Source: a virus
Taxonomy: Duplodnaviria > Caudoviricetes
IMG/VR virus record: IMGVR_UViG_3300037067_006336
Coordinates: 98,118-162,117 of that record
DNA: 64,000 nt
Direction: 5' to 3' (one strand)
Both the position numbers and the translations under genes were made by a program. Of the stretch, positions 51,779 through 61,569 are shown in pieces. The notes beneath the pieces were generated by a model. That model worked only from the letters and a program-made list of their open reading frames with translations, searched no databases and was not told the DNA's origin. Each line of letters opens with the position of its first letter. Positions within the stretch are counted from its first letter, which is position 1.

Positions 51779-53614
51779 ATGGATAATTTAGATAATATAA
51801 GGAAATTACTTACCCCGGAAAAACAAGATTTACTGACCACGTGGGTAGATGCTTACACGGATTACTCCAACGGGGCACAATCCATGCCGGATGCCGTTTT
51901 CGATGAGGTGACGAGAGAATTACAGGCGTGTGGCATCGAGCAGGTGGTAACGTTCATCAATAACTCACTGGAGGAATTGGACGGTGATGGTAAGTTGGAA
52001 ATCAACGATAATCCCGATATGAATTCCAGGTTGATGCTATCGCTAGAGAAGATAAAGTTCCAGGATATGACACCCCGGGAAGTTGCAACCTCCATACTCA
52101 AATGGGTTGGTACCGGGAAGAAATACTACATTGGACCGAAATTCGATGGTTGTGCCATCGGGAAGAGGGACATGAAGGTTCTGACCAGGGGAGGACTCGA
52201 CCTTACTTCGGTCATTGGATCATTAATAGATAAACTACCAGGGGATGTATCCACGGGTGAACTTGTGGTGAAGAAATCAATTTTCAGAGATAACCTGTCA
52301 AAGTTCGACGGGACAGGTGAATACGAGAATACAAGAAACTTCGTTGGTTCGGTAGTGAAGAGTCACTCGGTGTTCAGGAATTATTCCCAATATTGTGACA
52401 TAGTGGGGTTGACGGATGGCAAGAACCCGTTACTGGACTCCACGTACATCGATAATGATGGCACACGGGTGAAGACATGGAACGAGTTAAATTTGGAAGA
52501 TTTAACCAGGCTGGATAAGATACACGATGGGTATCTAGCGACATGCCCGTACGATATAGATGGGATTGTTATCTCGGTATTCGAGGATGGTCCAAGGAAA
52601 GTGAAAGACAAGTACCCCCTCAACATGATAGCCGTTAAATTCAGTGGTGAAACCATAGAGACCACCATCAAGAAGTTGAACTGGGATCATACGAAGACAG
52701 GTAAATTAACACCTGTGGCCGATATTGAACCGGTGTACTACAACGGTGCAACCCTTGAGAGAGCCAACTGTTACTCGCTGGATTACGTCAGACGGATGGG
52801 TATAGGAGAGGGTTCTAGGGTACTGGTAACAAGGTCAGGCGAGATAATACCTGCTGTCGTGAAGGTGTTAACCAGGTCAACAACCATCCACCTGGACATG
52901 AAGGGTAAAGTGATCATCGGGGCACACGTGTTCGATGAATCCGTGATGAACGCGTCTAACACCCCGGAGAAGTTCACCTTGGCATTGAAATTATTACAGC
53001 TTGACGGTATAGGACCTGTCAGCTCATACATGATAGGTAACGTTGTCAACAATGATGTGATAAACCTGTTCGACATTTCCTTGAAACCACGGATCAGGGA
53101 GGTACTCGGGAATGACAAGTGGTACAAGTTCCAGGATTTCTACAACATCAAGACACTATCGCTGGACCAGGTTATAAACCTGTTGCAGTTCAACGGCGTG
53201 GCTGTAACCACGTCCAGGAAACTAGCATTATTGCTGTCAACCAAGGACAAGAAACACGAGGAAGGAATACCTGTCGATACCATCAAGAGGGTACTAACAG
53301 GGGATGGTTTCTCCAGGGTTCAAGATGCTGTAAGGAGATTGGCATCACACGGCATCAAGGTAACTAACCCGGTCGAGGTAAACGATACCACGGTAACATT
53401 CGAGATGTCAGGTGACTGGGAAGTCATGACCAAGGAAGAGTTCAAGACAAGACTGAAGCACGTGTTACCGAACGCGGTACACACCACCCTTACAAGGACA
53501 ACAACGTACCTTTTCGTTGACAGGTTAACATCGACAACCGGTAAGGCTAACAAGGCCAGGAAATACAACGTCAAGATGGTTACATACGAGGACGCGTTGA
53601 AGGGGAAATTTTGA
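51779..53614 (+). CDS. ligA: NAD-dependent DNA ligase
   Basis: MLSL, PKFDG, TRG, ENTRN, DGIV, AVKF, RSGEIIP, BRCT TGKANKARKY. Confidence 0.9.
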   Translation: MDNLDNIRKLLTPEKQDLLTTWVDAYTDYSNGAQSMPDAVFDEVTRELQACGIEQVVTFINNSLEELDGDGKLEINDNPDMNSRLMLSLEKIKFQDMTPREVATSILKWVGTGKKYYIGPKFDGCAIGKRDMKVLTRGGLDLTSVIGSLIDKLPGDVSTGELVVKKSIFRDNLSKFDGTGEYENTRNFVGSVVKSHSVFRNYSQYCDIVGLTDGKNPLLDSTYIDNDGTRVKTWNELNLEDLTRLDKIHDGYLATCPYDIDGIVISVFEDGPRKVKDKYPLNMIAVKFSGETIETTIKKLNWDHTKTGKLTPVADIEPVYYNGATLERANCYSLDYVRRMGIGEGSRVLVTRSGEIIPAVVKVLTRSTTIHLDMKGKVIIGAHVFDESVMNASNTPEKFTLALKLLQLDGIGPVSSYMIGNVVNNDVINLFDISLKPRIREVLGNDKWYKFQDFYNIKTLSLDQVINLLQFNGVAVTTSRKLALLLSTKDKKHEEGIPVDTIKRVLTGDGFSRVQDAVRRLASHGIKVTNPVEVNDTTVTFEMSGDWEVMTKEEFKTRLKHVLPNAVHTTLTRTTTYLFVDRLTSTTGKANKARKYNVKMVTYEDALKGKF

Positions 53615-53634
53615 AATTTTAAAATAATCAAGAT

Positions 53635-54030
53635 ATGACAAGGGAAGAAGCAAAAGAAGCTTATGATAAGTTGCAAGAATGCATCAAAGATGCTGGAGAA
53701 CAAGCACTCAAGTTGAAATCAATCATCGATGGTCGCGATACAGATGAAGAAACTATCAAACGTGCTGAAGAACGTTTCAAAGAACTGATCAGTGGGGTAA
53801 CTATCCAACCATACGATGGTGGCATAAAATATCACCGGGGTGATGAATGGATACTTGACCAGGATTTCAAAAAGAAAGTAGTTTGCATCAGGTATTCGTT
53901 GGTATGGGGTGTTATTGAATCGGAATTTGGTTTTAATGATAATAATATCAGAGAGTTAACCACTACTTGGGTGAATAAACACCTCGGTTGCGAGGGGTTC
54001 ACAACATATTGTCAATTTGCCACTTTTTAA
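53635..54030 (+). CDS. Array-associated small protein, copy 1; C-terminus encoded by repeat 1 and spacer 1
   Basis: Ends ..WVNKHLGCEGFTT-YCQFATF*; WVNKHLGCEGFTT spans the repeat. Confidence 0.8.
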   Translation: MTREEAKEAYDKLQECIKDAGEQALKLKSIIDGRDTDEETIKRAEERFKELISGVTIQPYDGGIKYHRGDEWILDQDFKKKVVCIRYSLVWGVIESEFGFNDNNIRELTTTWVNKHLGCEGFTTYCQFATF

Positions 54031-54268
54031 ACTCGGTGAATAAACACCTCGGTTGCGAGGGGTTCACAACAACAGCATTCGATGTAACTAGTAACACGTT
54101 GGTGAATAAACACCTCGGTTGCAATGGTTTTACAACCGAGACTATTGAGACCTTGTAACATCAAAGGGTGAATAAGCACATCGGTTGCGAGGGGTTCACA
54201 ACGTGTATGATAATACCCATTATAATCCCCCGGGTGAATAAACACCTCAGTTGCTAGGGGGTCACAAC
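53970..54268. CRISPR. CRISPR-like array 1: five 36-nt repeats, four spacers (29, 30, 30, 30 nt)
   Basis: GGTGAATAAACACCTCGGTTGCGAGGGGTTCACAAC at 53970, 54035, 54101, 54167 and 54233; last three carry substitutions. Confidence 0.9.
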
Positions 54269-54451
54269 TCAGTTCTTTAGCTTGTGTATAACGGACAGGT
54301 GTATGAGCCGTGTCTGATCAGAATTAACAAATTGTAACGGCTTCTAATTAGCATTGCTTATACGCCATGTTAGCAATCTTTAAAAATTATGGAAATTGAA
54401 AAAACATTTATCGTTGAAGGGGAAATTTTGAAATTTTAAAATAATCAAGAT

Positions 54452-54859
54452 ATGACAAGGGAAGAAGCAAAAGAAGCTTATGATAAGTTGCAAGAATGCA
54501 TCAAAGATGCCGGAGAACAAGCACTCAAGTTGAAATCAATCATCGATGATTCCAGGAATAACGAGGAAGAAACTATCAAACGTGCCGAGGAACGTTTCAA
54601 GGAACTGATCAGAGGGTTAACTATCCAACCATACGATGGTGGCATAAATTATTACCAGGATGATGAATGGGTACTTGGTCAGGATTTTAAAAACAAGGTA
54701 GTTTGGATAAGGTATTCGTTAATATGGTCAGTTTTTGAATCGGAATTTGGTTTTAAATATGATAATATCGGAAAGTTAACCACTACCTGGGTGAATAAAC
54801 ACCTCGGTTGCGAGGGGTTCACAACGGTGAAGTGGTTTGGCAATCGTTCTATATGGTGA
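54452..54859 (+). CDS. Array-associated small protein, copy 2
   Basis: Paralog of 53635..54030; ends ..WVNKHLGCEGFTT-VKWFGNRSIW*. Confidence 0.8.
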   Translation: MTREEAKEAYDKLQECIKDAGEQALKLKSIIDDSRNNEEETIKRAEERFKELIRGLTIQPYDGGINYYQDDEWVLGQDFKNKVVWIRYSLIWSVFESEFGFKYDNIGKLTTTWVNKHLGCEGFTTVKWFGNRSIW

Positions 54860-55152
54860 ATAAACACCTCGGTTGCGAGGGGTTCACAACGCTGATCGAC
54901 AACAAGAGTATCAAGGACATGGTGAATAAACACCTCGGTTGCGAGGGGTTCACAACCGAATTTGGCGCCGAGCTGAATGCTTATAGGTGAATAAACACCT
55001 CGGTTGCGAGGGGTTCACAACCGCCAAGGGGTTACCCGTCAACGGGAAATGATGAATAAGCACATCGGTTGCGGGGGGTTCACAACACGTGATAGACCCT
55101 GACAAACTATGGAGGGGATGAATAAACACTTCGGTTGCGAGGGGTTCACAAC
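54790..55152. CRISPR. CRISPR-like array 2: six 36-nt repeats, five spacers (29, 30, 29, 29, 30 nt)
   Basis: Repeats at 54790, 54855, 54921, 54986, 55051 and 55117; spacer 54891-54920 matches 62529-62558. Confidence 0.92.
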
Positions 55153-55192
55153 AAGAGATCATCAATGGACAACATGTTAAATTTATTTTGAA

Positions 55193-55567
55193 ATGAAAAC
55201 AATACGTTATAAACAAGGGAAGTTAAAGGTACTTGCTATCAAATTATGGTTGGCAACTTACGGGGTAAACGCGTATGGTAAGTACAGGTTAGAACTACGT
55301 GCGGGTGACACGGGGTTAATGTTATGCATCTACCAATCCAGGCGGAAACCGTTATTCAGGAACCTTTACGTGTTGTCCGTGTTGTTCTTCCCGTTGGTGT
55401 CACTGTTGGTGTTATTCAAGATAGTAGGCATCATCATTTCACATTACGTTAACGGTGCCGTTAACTTCTACAAGGATTCCGCGTGGGTTGAAGGAATAAG
55501 GTTCTTCAACTGGATAAACATAATTTTAATGTTTATTCTAGGGGTATTATTAATTTTTAAATGGTAA
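55193..55567 (+). CDS. Membrane protein
   Basis: Hydrophobic helices. Confidence 0.5.
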   Translation: MKTIRYKQGKLKVLAIKLWLATYGVNAYGKYRLELRAGDTGLMLCIYQSRRKPLFRNLYVLSVLFFPLVSLLVLFKIVGIIISHYVNGAVNFYKDSAWVEGIRFFNWINIILMFILGVLLIFKW

Positions 55568-55572
55568 GTTCC

Positions 55573-56007
55573 ATGAATAAATTTCTTTACCACGTTACCA
55601 TGGAAAATAACATGACCGGTATCCTGGCTAATGGTTTACTGGTTAACTCGGGTATGAGAAGCCCGTTCACCCGTTTCAGCAAAGATAAGATCATAAGTTC
55701 ATATTATGAAAAATACGGGATGCAACCATTATTCCTTACGAATGATGTGGAACATACTATTAAACAGTTAGGTAAAAATTCAACCCGGTCTTGCATGGTT
55801 TTAAAAATTGATGTGACCGGTTTAAATATGGAAGGAGAATTCGATTACCTTGAAGAAAAATGGTATATGTTTTACAAAAACAGGGAATCGATGATTGATA
55901 ATATGAGGGGAAGAAGAGGTATCACGTTCATTTCCAAGGAAAATATAAAACCATCGTTAATGGTCTTTTGTCCAGAAATAACGACTATCATTAACAATAG
56001 ATATTGA
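55573..56007 (+). CDS. Putative ADP-ribosyltransferase/Tpt1-fold protein
   Basis: LYHVT..N..GILANGL, LFLT, VLKID. Confidence 0.4.
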   Translation: MNKFLYHVTMENNMTGILANGLLVNSGMRSPFTRFSKDKIISSYYEKYGMQPLFLTNDVEHTIKQLGKNSTRSCMVLKIDVTGLNMEGEFDYLEEKWYMFYKNRESMIDNMRGRRGITFISKENIKPSLMVFCPEITTIINNRY

Positions 56008-56405
56008 ATAATTTTTCATTATGGAATTCAAAAATATTGATATAATAAATCATGATATAACCATTATTTGTAAAAAATACCAGGAAGAACGTCCAAGCGG
56101 TAGGTGGTATATAACCACTAATGGTTTAAACCAGGTATCTAAAATTCTAGGAGGTAAATACTCGAATTTAACAACTAGTCAGAAAAAGAATTTTAGACAA
56201 GATTGTGTAAGTCAAGCACAAGATTCAATACCAATTGAATAACATTTGTCACCGGTAAATAGGGGTTATTTTTAATAAACCTTGATTACAACCACATCAT
56301 GATAAAATAATAACATGGTTATCATGAAACGAGGGTTTCAGTCACCGTGCAGGATATAAACCTGGTAAATAATACCCGAAATACCCGATTAAAAATCCTA
56401 CCATC

Positions 56406-56717
56406 ATGGAAAATAACAAGAAGTATAATTTCAAGGAAAACGTGTTCATAGCTTTCGAGGTGGAGGACGTGTACTGTATAGGTTTCACAATACTTGATAC
56501 AAAAGGGGATAAGGTTGTAAACCTGGTAGGTAACAACGGGAAGACAGGGAAGATAAGGTTCGATGAGATCGAGAACCCGCGTGTACTTAATATCCTTGGG
56601 ACGTTCGATGGAAAGAAGAAACCCATGAGCCCACCACCATCATTACACGAGGGCAACACCAGCATTGAGCAGATGGTAAAATCCATAGAAAGGTTACATG
56701 TCATCAACCTTAACTAG
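56406..56717 (+). CDS. Hypothetical protein
   Basis: ORF after CAGGATAT at 56350. Confidence 0.55.
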   Translation: MENNKKYNFKENVFIAFEVEDVYCIGFTILDTKGDKVVNLVGNNGKTGKIRFDEIENPRVLNILGTFDGKKKPMSPPPSLHEGNTSIEQMVKSIERLHVINLN

Positions 56718-56771
56718 GTTGTTTTGAACCATTACGAGGATATTTGGATAATATTAAATAATTTTTAAATC

Positions 56772-57728
56772 ATGAATGAAACAATAAAAGAGAACAACAA
56801 GAGGTATTCCAACATAGAGGTTTGCTTGATGAACCTCGTGAGCAGCGGTAAGAACACGTTCGACGAGTTGAAAGCTGGTTCCGGTGTTAACGACCGCGAT
56901 TTCAATGTTGTCCTCGAGGGGATGTTAGCCAAGAACATACTATCATACAACAGGAATACAGGGAAGTACGAGTACGTTGAACCACTTGAAGGCGAGATAC
57001 TGGTGCTGGACGGAAACGTGTTGTTACCGATGACTGTCATCACGTTGGGTAACAGGAAGATAGTTAGCAGGGGTAAGTACTACGAGTTCCCTCTTGATTT
57101 CGATGTCAGGCGCATCGTCTGGAATGTGAAACTAGACCCGAGAACCAATTCCACGCTGGTTGACCTTATACAGAACTCGGTACTCAAGGAGAAGAAAGCA
57201 AACATAACACAGGTAGAAGCTTACAAGAACCTCGTGAACAAGGTAATACCATATTCCAAAAAAATAGGATTGCTACTTAACGTCGTGGGTGATGAAGCAA
57301 CTGATGTACACGTTATGTTCAAGGTTCCGATCACAACGGGGGACATAACTTTCGAGTTCTGCAAGTTCAAGGTAAGATCCTTGATATCGACACCCGAGAT
57401 GATAGATGAACTAAAGAAACCAGCTAACGAGAGGGATTACACGAACATAAAATTAAACAGGATACACGACCTGACGGATTTCACATACGTGAACAACGAG
57501 ATCCCGGTATCTAGTGGTGATGGTTTCATAACCGTTGCACGTGTTACCGGGATCAAGAAATTCTTGCAGTTAACATACTTCAAGGTTGACACCACCGGTA
57601 ATTACACCAGGTTGAACACCGAGGAATTACCACCCGATACTTCTACTGATAGGTTCCAGGAACTTTTCAGCGGTTTACCCTCGATGATACTAGCATCATC
57701 GAATTTCAACGTGGAGATGACGGAATAA
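56772..57728 (+). CDS. Hypothetical protein, possible N-terminal winged helix
   Basis: TFDELKAGSGV..FNVVLEGMLAKNIL..TGKY pattern. Confidence 0.45.
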   Translation: MNETIKENNKRYSNIEVCLMNLVSSGKNTFDELKAGSGVNDRDFNVVLEGMLAKNILSYNRNTGKYEYVEPLEGEILVLDGNVLLPMTVITLGNRKIVSRGKYYEFPLDFDVRRIVWNVKLDPRTNSTLVDLIQNSVLKEKKANITQVEAYKNLVNKVIPYSKKIGLLLNVVGDEATDVHVMFKVPITTGDITFEFCKFKVRSLISTPEMIDELKKPANERDYTNIKLNRIHDLTDFTYVNNEIPVSSGDGFITVARVTGIKKFLQLTYFKVDTTGNYTRLNTEELPPDTSTDRFQELFSGLPSMILASSNFNVEMTE

Positions 57729-57754
57729 CATACAACCAAATAATAGAATTAAAC

Positions 57755-58462
57755 ATGAATAATAAACAGAGCATGGATGTTGCCGATAGCCCAATGTTAG
57801 CTTTCAACAACATAATTTCAAACCTTTCAAGCAAGCTTCTATCCATTTACAACATACAGGAACAGGAAAGGGAAATTTTCATCGACTCGCTAGTATTCGA
57901 TGACAACTCCATAACGATATTGAACAGTGCCAGGGTTTACCTTGATAACGGTGATCTGAGATACAGGTTCAACGGTTCTTACGACAGGGATATGTTAGAG
58001 GGGTTCGTGTTGAAAACAATAACGAACGCGCATGACATCGAGCATATATTACATCATTACATGTACGTATTGGATCGTATGAAAGATGTTGATGTTAGCA
58101 TTGATAACCAGTTCGTGAGGGATTTGATCAACATGATGTCACGAGAGGAAGTACCACCTTACCCCGTTTTATTGCCTTACAAGATAAAGATCGAGAAACT
58201 GTATGACACTAGTGACCGGTTAACGGACATCATTTACAACAGGTACTCGTACTTCATTAAGTTCCGTGCCGGGAACGGTAACAAGGGGTCTATTGAATAC
58301 ACGCTCATAAAGTGCATCTCATCAGAACTTGACCCGTCGAAATCAATGTTGAATGTAAGGTATGATGAGATCGAGATACTGAAGCAAGGATACTTCAACA
58401 AGACAGGTGCTTCCAAGTTCATAGGGGACTTGTTCTTTTACGGTGAAATAGACGAGAACTAG
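57755..58462 (+). CDS. Hypothetical protein
   Basis: ORF only. Confidence 0.55.
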   Translation: MNNKQSMDVADSPMLAFNNIISNLSSKLLSIYNIQEQEREIFIDSLVFDDNSITILNSARVYLDNGDLRYRFNGSYDRDMLEGFVLKTITNAHDIEHILHHYMYVLDRMKDVDVSIDNQFVRDLINMMSREEVPPYPVLLPYKIKIEKLYDTSDRLTDIIYNRYSYFIKFRAGNGNKGSIEYTLIKCISSELDPSKSMLNVRYDEIEILKQGYFNKTGASKFIGDLFFYGEIDEN

Positions 58463-58475
58463 CAAGATAATTGAA

Positions 58476-60257
58476 ATGGATAAAGAAGAATCAAGGAAAT
58501 ACACGGTATCGGATATAACGGCAGCCATTAAAGAATGCCTCAAGGTATCGCCCCAGGTAAAGGCAACAAACGCGGTTGTAACCGCCACGTTCAACATATT
58601 AAAAGCAATGCACGTGGACGGGATGAAACACGTGATACTAGAGGCAGGTACCGGCACGGGTAAGTCCGTGATAGCATACATGGTACATTTCTGTTCCGCG
58701 TACCTGGAAACAGGGGGGTATCATCGTGACAAGTTAACCTATTACCTGACCTCGTCGAAGATGTTGCAAGAGCAGTGTTCCAACGATATAACCAGGTTCG
58801 ATTTCCACGATTACATGTACATGTTGAAGGGAACGGTAAATTACCGGTGTCTTGCCGGGAAGGATTTGATGTATCCTGACAGGCCGTGTGCTGGAATGAA
58901 AGGGGATGAGCTTTACAGGCATCACGCTTCATGTGTCGATGTGTGCCCGTACAAGATGGCAAGGGAAGAAGCATCCAACAAGGATTGTGCCGTGTTGAAT
59001 TACGCGTACTTCCTCACGGTGATGAACTCGTCTTTCAACCCGTTCTTCACGAGCAGGCAACTAACGATATGTGACGAGGCACACCTGGTACCTAATGTTG
59101 TAACGGGGATGTATAACTTCGAGGTAAACCGTTACCTGGTTAACCAGTGTACCAACTTCTTGAGGGAGATTGAGTTGAATTTCGGGTCTAAAATCCCTAA
59201 CTTCGAACGCGGGTTATCACTGCTATCGAGTGCCGCTAGCTTGTTCTCCAACCACGGGAGGAACCACGATACGGTTGTCCGGTACTTCAACATCATGGAA
59301 CAGTACAGGGTTATACATTCAAGTATCATAAAGGCATTAACAGGGGATGGTGGTGCTGGTGGTTATCTTATTAAGGCTAACAAGCTGGCAGAATCACTTG
59401 AAGAACTAGGTAACAGGAAGGAAACACTCGATAATTTGGTGTCGAGACCTTCCGATATATCGTTTGAATCAGAACTAGTATCCGATACTGATGGAATGAA
59501 GATATACAAGCATATCTTGAGGGACTTGTCGGAGACAAGCATGATACGGGAGAAGTTCTTGAACAAGATCGAAGACGGCTTGTACATGAGTGCAACGTTC
59601 CCACCCTTCGATGATTACGCCACGACAATGGGGTTCAATGATGGTGAATGGGTAGGTTTTTCACTACCATCAACGTTCGATTACTCGAGATCACCTGTTT
59701 ACCTTTGTAACTCCGGTTACTTGAACAAGGCAAATTTCGATTCTAACATTGACAAGTGCATCATGGACACGTTGAAAATATGCACGGAATACCACCCGGT
59801 AGAGAAGGGTATCATACATACATCAACATTCGAGATAACCAGGAAACTGGAAGAATCAGCAAGAATGATACCTGGATTGAAGGAACGTTTACTCACGTAC
59901 ACCACCCCTGATGAGAAAGAAAAATGCATTGACTTGATGAAGAACTCGAGCAGACCTTACATCATTGCCGGTCCGAGCCTGTACGAGGGCATTGACTTGA
60001 AAGATGACCAGGGAAGGTTCAACATACTGTTGAAAGTTCCATACGCCGGTATGACATCATACGTGAGATCCAAGATGGAACGTTACCCGGGTTGGTATAA
60101 TGATGAAACAGTCATGAAGATCATACAGGCCATAGGTAGGACTAACCGGAATCATGATGATTACTCGAGTACATACCTGATCGATTCTTGCTTCAACAAG
60201 ATAATACACGACACCAACAACATCATAATATCAAGGTTAAAGAAAAAATACATCTAG
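58476..60257 (+). CDS. DinG/XPD-family helicase
   Basis: EAGTGTGKS, KGTVNYRC..CPY (Fe-S region), DEAH, MSAT, EGID, QAIGRTNR. Confidence 0.9.
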   Translation: MDKEESRKYTVSDITAAIKECLKVSPQVKATNAVVTATFNILKAMHVDGMKHVILEAGTGTGKSVIAYMVHFCSAYLETGGYHRDKLTYYLTSSKMLQEQCSNDITRFDFHDYMYMLKGTVNYRCLAGKDLMYPDRPCAGMKGDELYRHHASCVDVCPYKMAREEASNKDCAVLNYAYFLTVMNSSFNPFFTSRQLTICDEAHLVPNVVTGMYNFEVNRYLVNQCTNFLREIELNFGSKIPNFERGLSLLSSAASLFSNHGRNHDTVVRYFNIMEQYRVIHSSIIKALTGDGGAGGYLIKANKLAESLEELGNRKETLDNLVSRPSDISFESELVSDTDGMKIYKHILRDLSETSMIREKFLNKIEDGLYMSATFPPFDDYATTMGFNDGEWVGFSLPSTFDYSRSPVYLCNSGYLNKANFDSNIDKCIMDTLKICTEYHPVEKGIIHTSTFEITRKLEESARMIPGLKERLLTYTTPDEKEKCIDLMKNSSRPYIIAGPSLYEGIDLKDDQGRFNILLKVPYAGMTSYVRSKMERYPGWYNDETVMKIIQAIGRTNRNHDDYSSTYLIDSCFNKIIHDTNNIIISRLKKKYI

Positions 60258-60259
60258 GA

Positions 60260-60805
60260 ATGGAAATAAAATCAGAAAAAGTTTTAGCGGCATTGTTGCT
60301 ATGCTTGAGACGTGACACCATGAAATTAAACACGAGGTTCACTGTTGAAGGTAACGGTGTATCGATATCGTATGATGTTAATGGTAAATGTTACTCGTTA
60401 ACATCAAATGTCCAAGGGATACCAAGTAACAACTCGTGGAAACCAAATATCGATGAAGTGATCGAGGTAGAGGAACAAATTGATGACACATCAGAACTAC
60501 AGGATAATTACACCGAAGTAGTTAACAGGATAAAGAGCATCATACCCGCGGTAGGGTTGAAACCATTACTTGACACCGTGATGAACTTGATGACCTTCGA
60601 GGAGAACAAGGGCATTTATTTCAACTTCACGGACATGAAAGGAGTTATACACAAGCTAGATACAACGGACGGTAAAACGTTCACCCTTGATGGTGAACCG
60701 TTCGACACGATAATGGCTAACTACCTGTTATCAAGATGTTTCCATGACAGGTTCGAGATAGATTGCATGGAATGGATCACGGACAAGGCAGAACGCAAGT
60801 TTTGA
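60260..60805 (+). CDS. Hypothetical protein
   Basis: ORF from MEIKSEK. Confidence 0.5.
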   Translation: MEIKSEKVLAALLLCLRRDTMKLNTRFTVEGNGVSISYDVNGKCYSLTSNVQGIPSNNSWKPNIDEVIEVEEQIDDTSELQDNYTEVVNRIKSIIPAVGLKPLLDTVMNLMTFEENKGIYFNFTDMKGVIHKLDTTDGKTFTLDGEPFDTIMANYLLSRCFHDRFEIDCMEWITDKAERKF

Positions 60806-60807
60806 GC

Positions 60808-61569
60808 ATGTCAATGGAATTAACGAAACCAGTGGTAAGTTACTGGGGGTGGGGGAACCCTTGTCTCAAGATTGATCAATGGTTACCGCGGTTAACGGGG
60901 GTAAACATCATAAGGACAAGGACATTAACCACGGAATTCATTAATGTTTGCCTGTCTAACTCTAACAGGATTTTCCTTCACGTGGTGATAAGCGGGATGG
61001 GTAAAACACCATTCGAGCCGAATACACCAACCGTGAGGGAAACGTTCACGATGTTGAAATCACTGTTTGATTCAGGTTTCCCTTCCAGACAAGTTCTCGT
61101 GGTTGTTGACCCCGTGATACCAAACGACAACGGTTTGAATTCCCTGAAACTATTATTACGGTTGTTCAGCGAGTTCCCGACACTCAGGTTAAGGTTCATG
61201 AGGTTCCGGGTACTGAAGTACGGGGAGGATAACAGGATCAATAATTACAACATACGTTACAGGATGAAAGGATACCCTGCCTTGAGGGAGTACATCGTTA
61301 ACGTGAATTCATTCAATAAATCCTACAGGGATATCATCAACAAGTACAGGTCTATTATAACCGTGGATTCCGGGGAGGAACCACTACTGGGGTCAAGGGA
61401 ACTCCTGACACTAGGTTACAAGAACGAGTGGGTTGAACCTGACGGGACGGTTTCGAAAGTAATCAATTATGCGAACGGCAACAAGTACGACCCCATCGTT
61501 AACGACCTGTGCCAGGGTAAACCGGTAAGGTGTTCTACAAGGTGCGTGTTGTGTCCTTACAGGTATTGA
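60808..61569 (+). CDS. DUF1848 / radical-SAM-like protein
   Basis: FEPN.P, VDPVIP, C-terminal CSTRCVLCPY. Confidence 0.4.
   Translation: MSMELTKPVVSYWGWGNPCLKIDQWLPRLTGVNIIRTRTLTTEFINVCLSNSNRIFLHVVISGMGKTPFEPNTPTVRETFTMLKSLFDSGFPSRQVLVVVDPVIPNDNGLNSLKLLLRLFSEFPTLRLRFMRFRVLKYGEDNRINNYNIRYRMKGYPALREYIVNVNSFNKSYRDIINKYRSIITVDSGEEPLLGSRELLTLGYKNEWVEPDGTVSKVINYANGNKYDPIVNDLCQGKPVRCSTRCVLCPYRY

Noticed and set aside
54071-54100. Array 1 spacer 2 vs 14408-14425 (both encode DVTSNT)
   Set aside because: Only a partial, mismatched nucleotide match; compatible with chance.
54808-54990. 60-aa ORF reading through array 2 (also minus-strand ORFs 54027-54245, 54679-54933, 54950-55216)
   Set aside because: By-products of stop-free repeats; 29-nt spacers break the frame, so the arrays are not a repeat protein.
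55022-55050. Spacer similarity to the hairpin at 48359 (ACCCGTCAAC)
   Set aside because: Only 10 nt match.
53970-55152. TIGR-type array
   Set aside because: Units are a single 36-nt repeat plus a ~30-nt spacer, not dual repeats with two short spacers, and no Nop-domain gene was recognised.
58476-60257. DinG as a type IV CRISPR component for the nearby arrays
   Set aside because: No Csf/Cas7/Cas5/Cas6-like ORFs recognised, and standalone DinG helicases are common in large phages.
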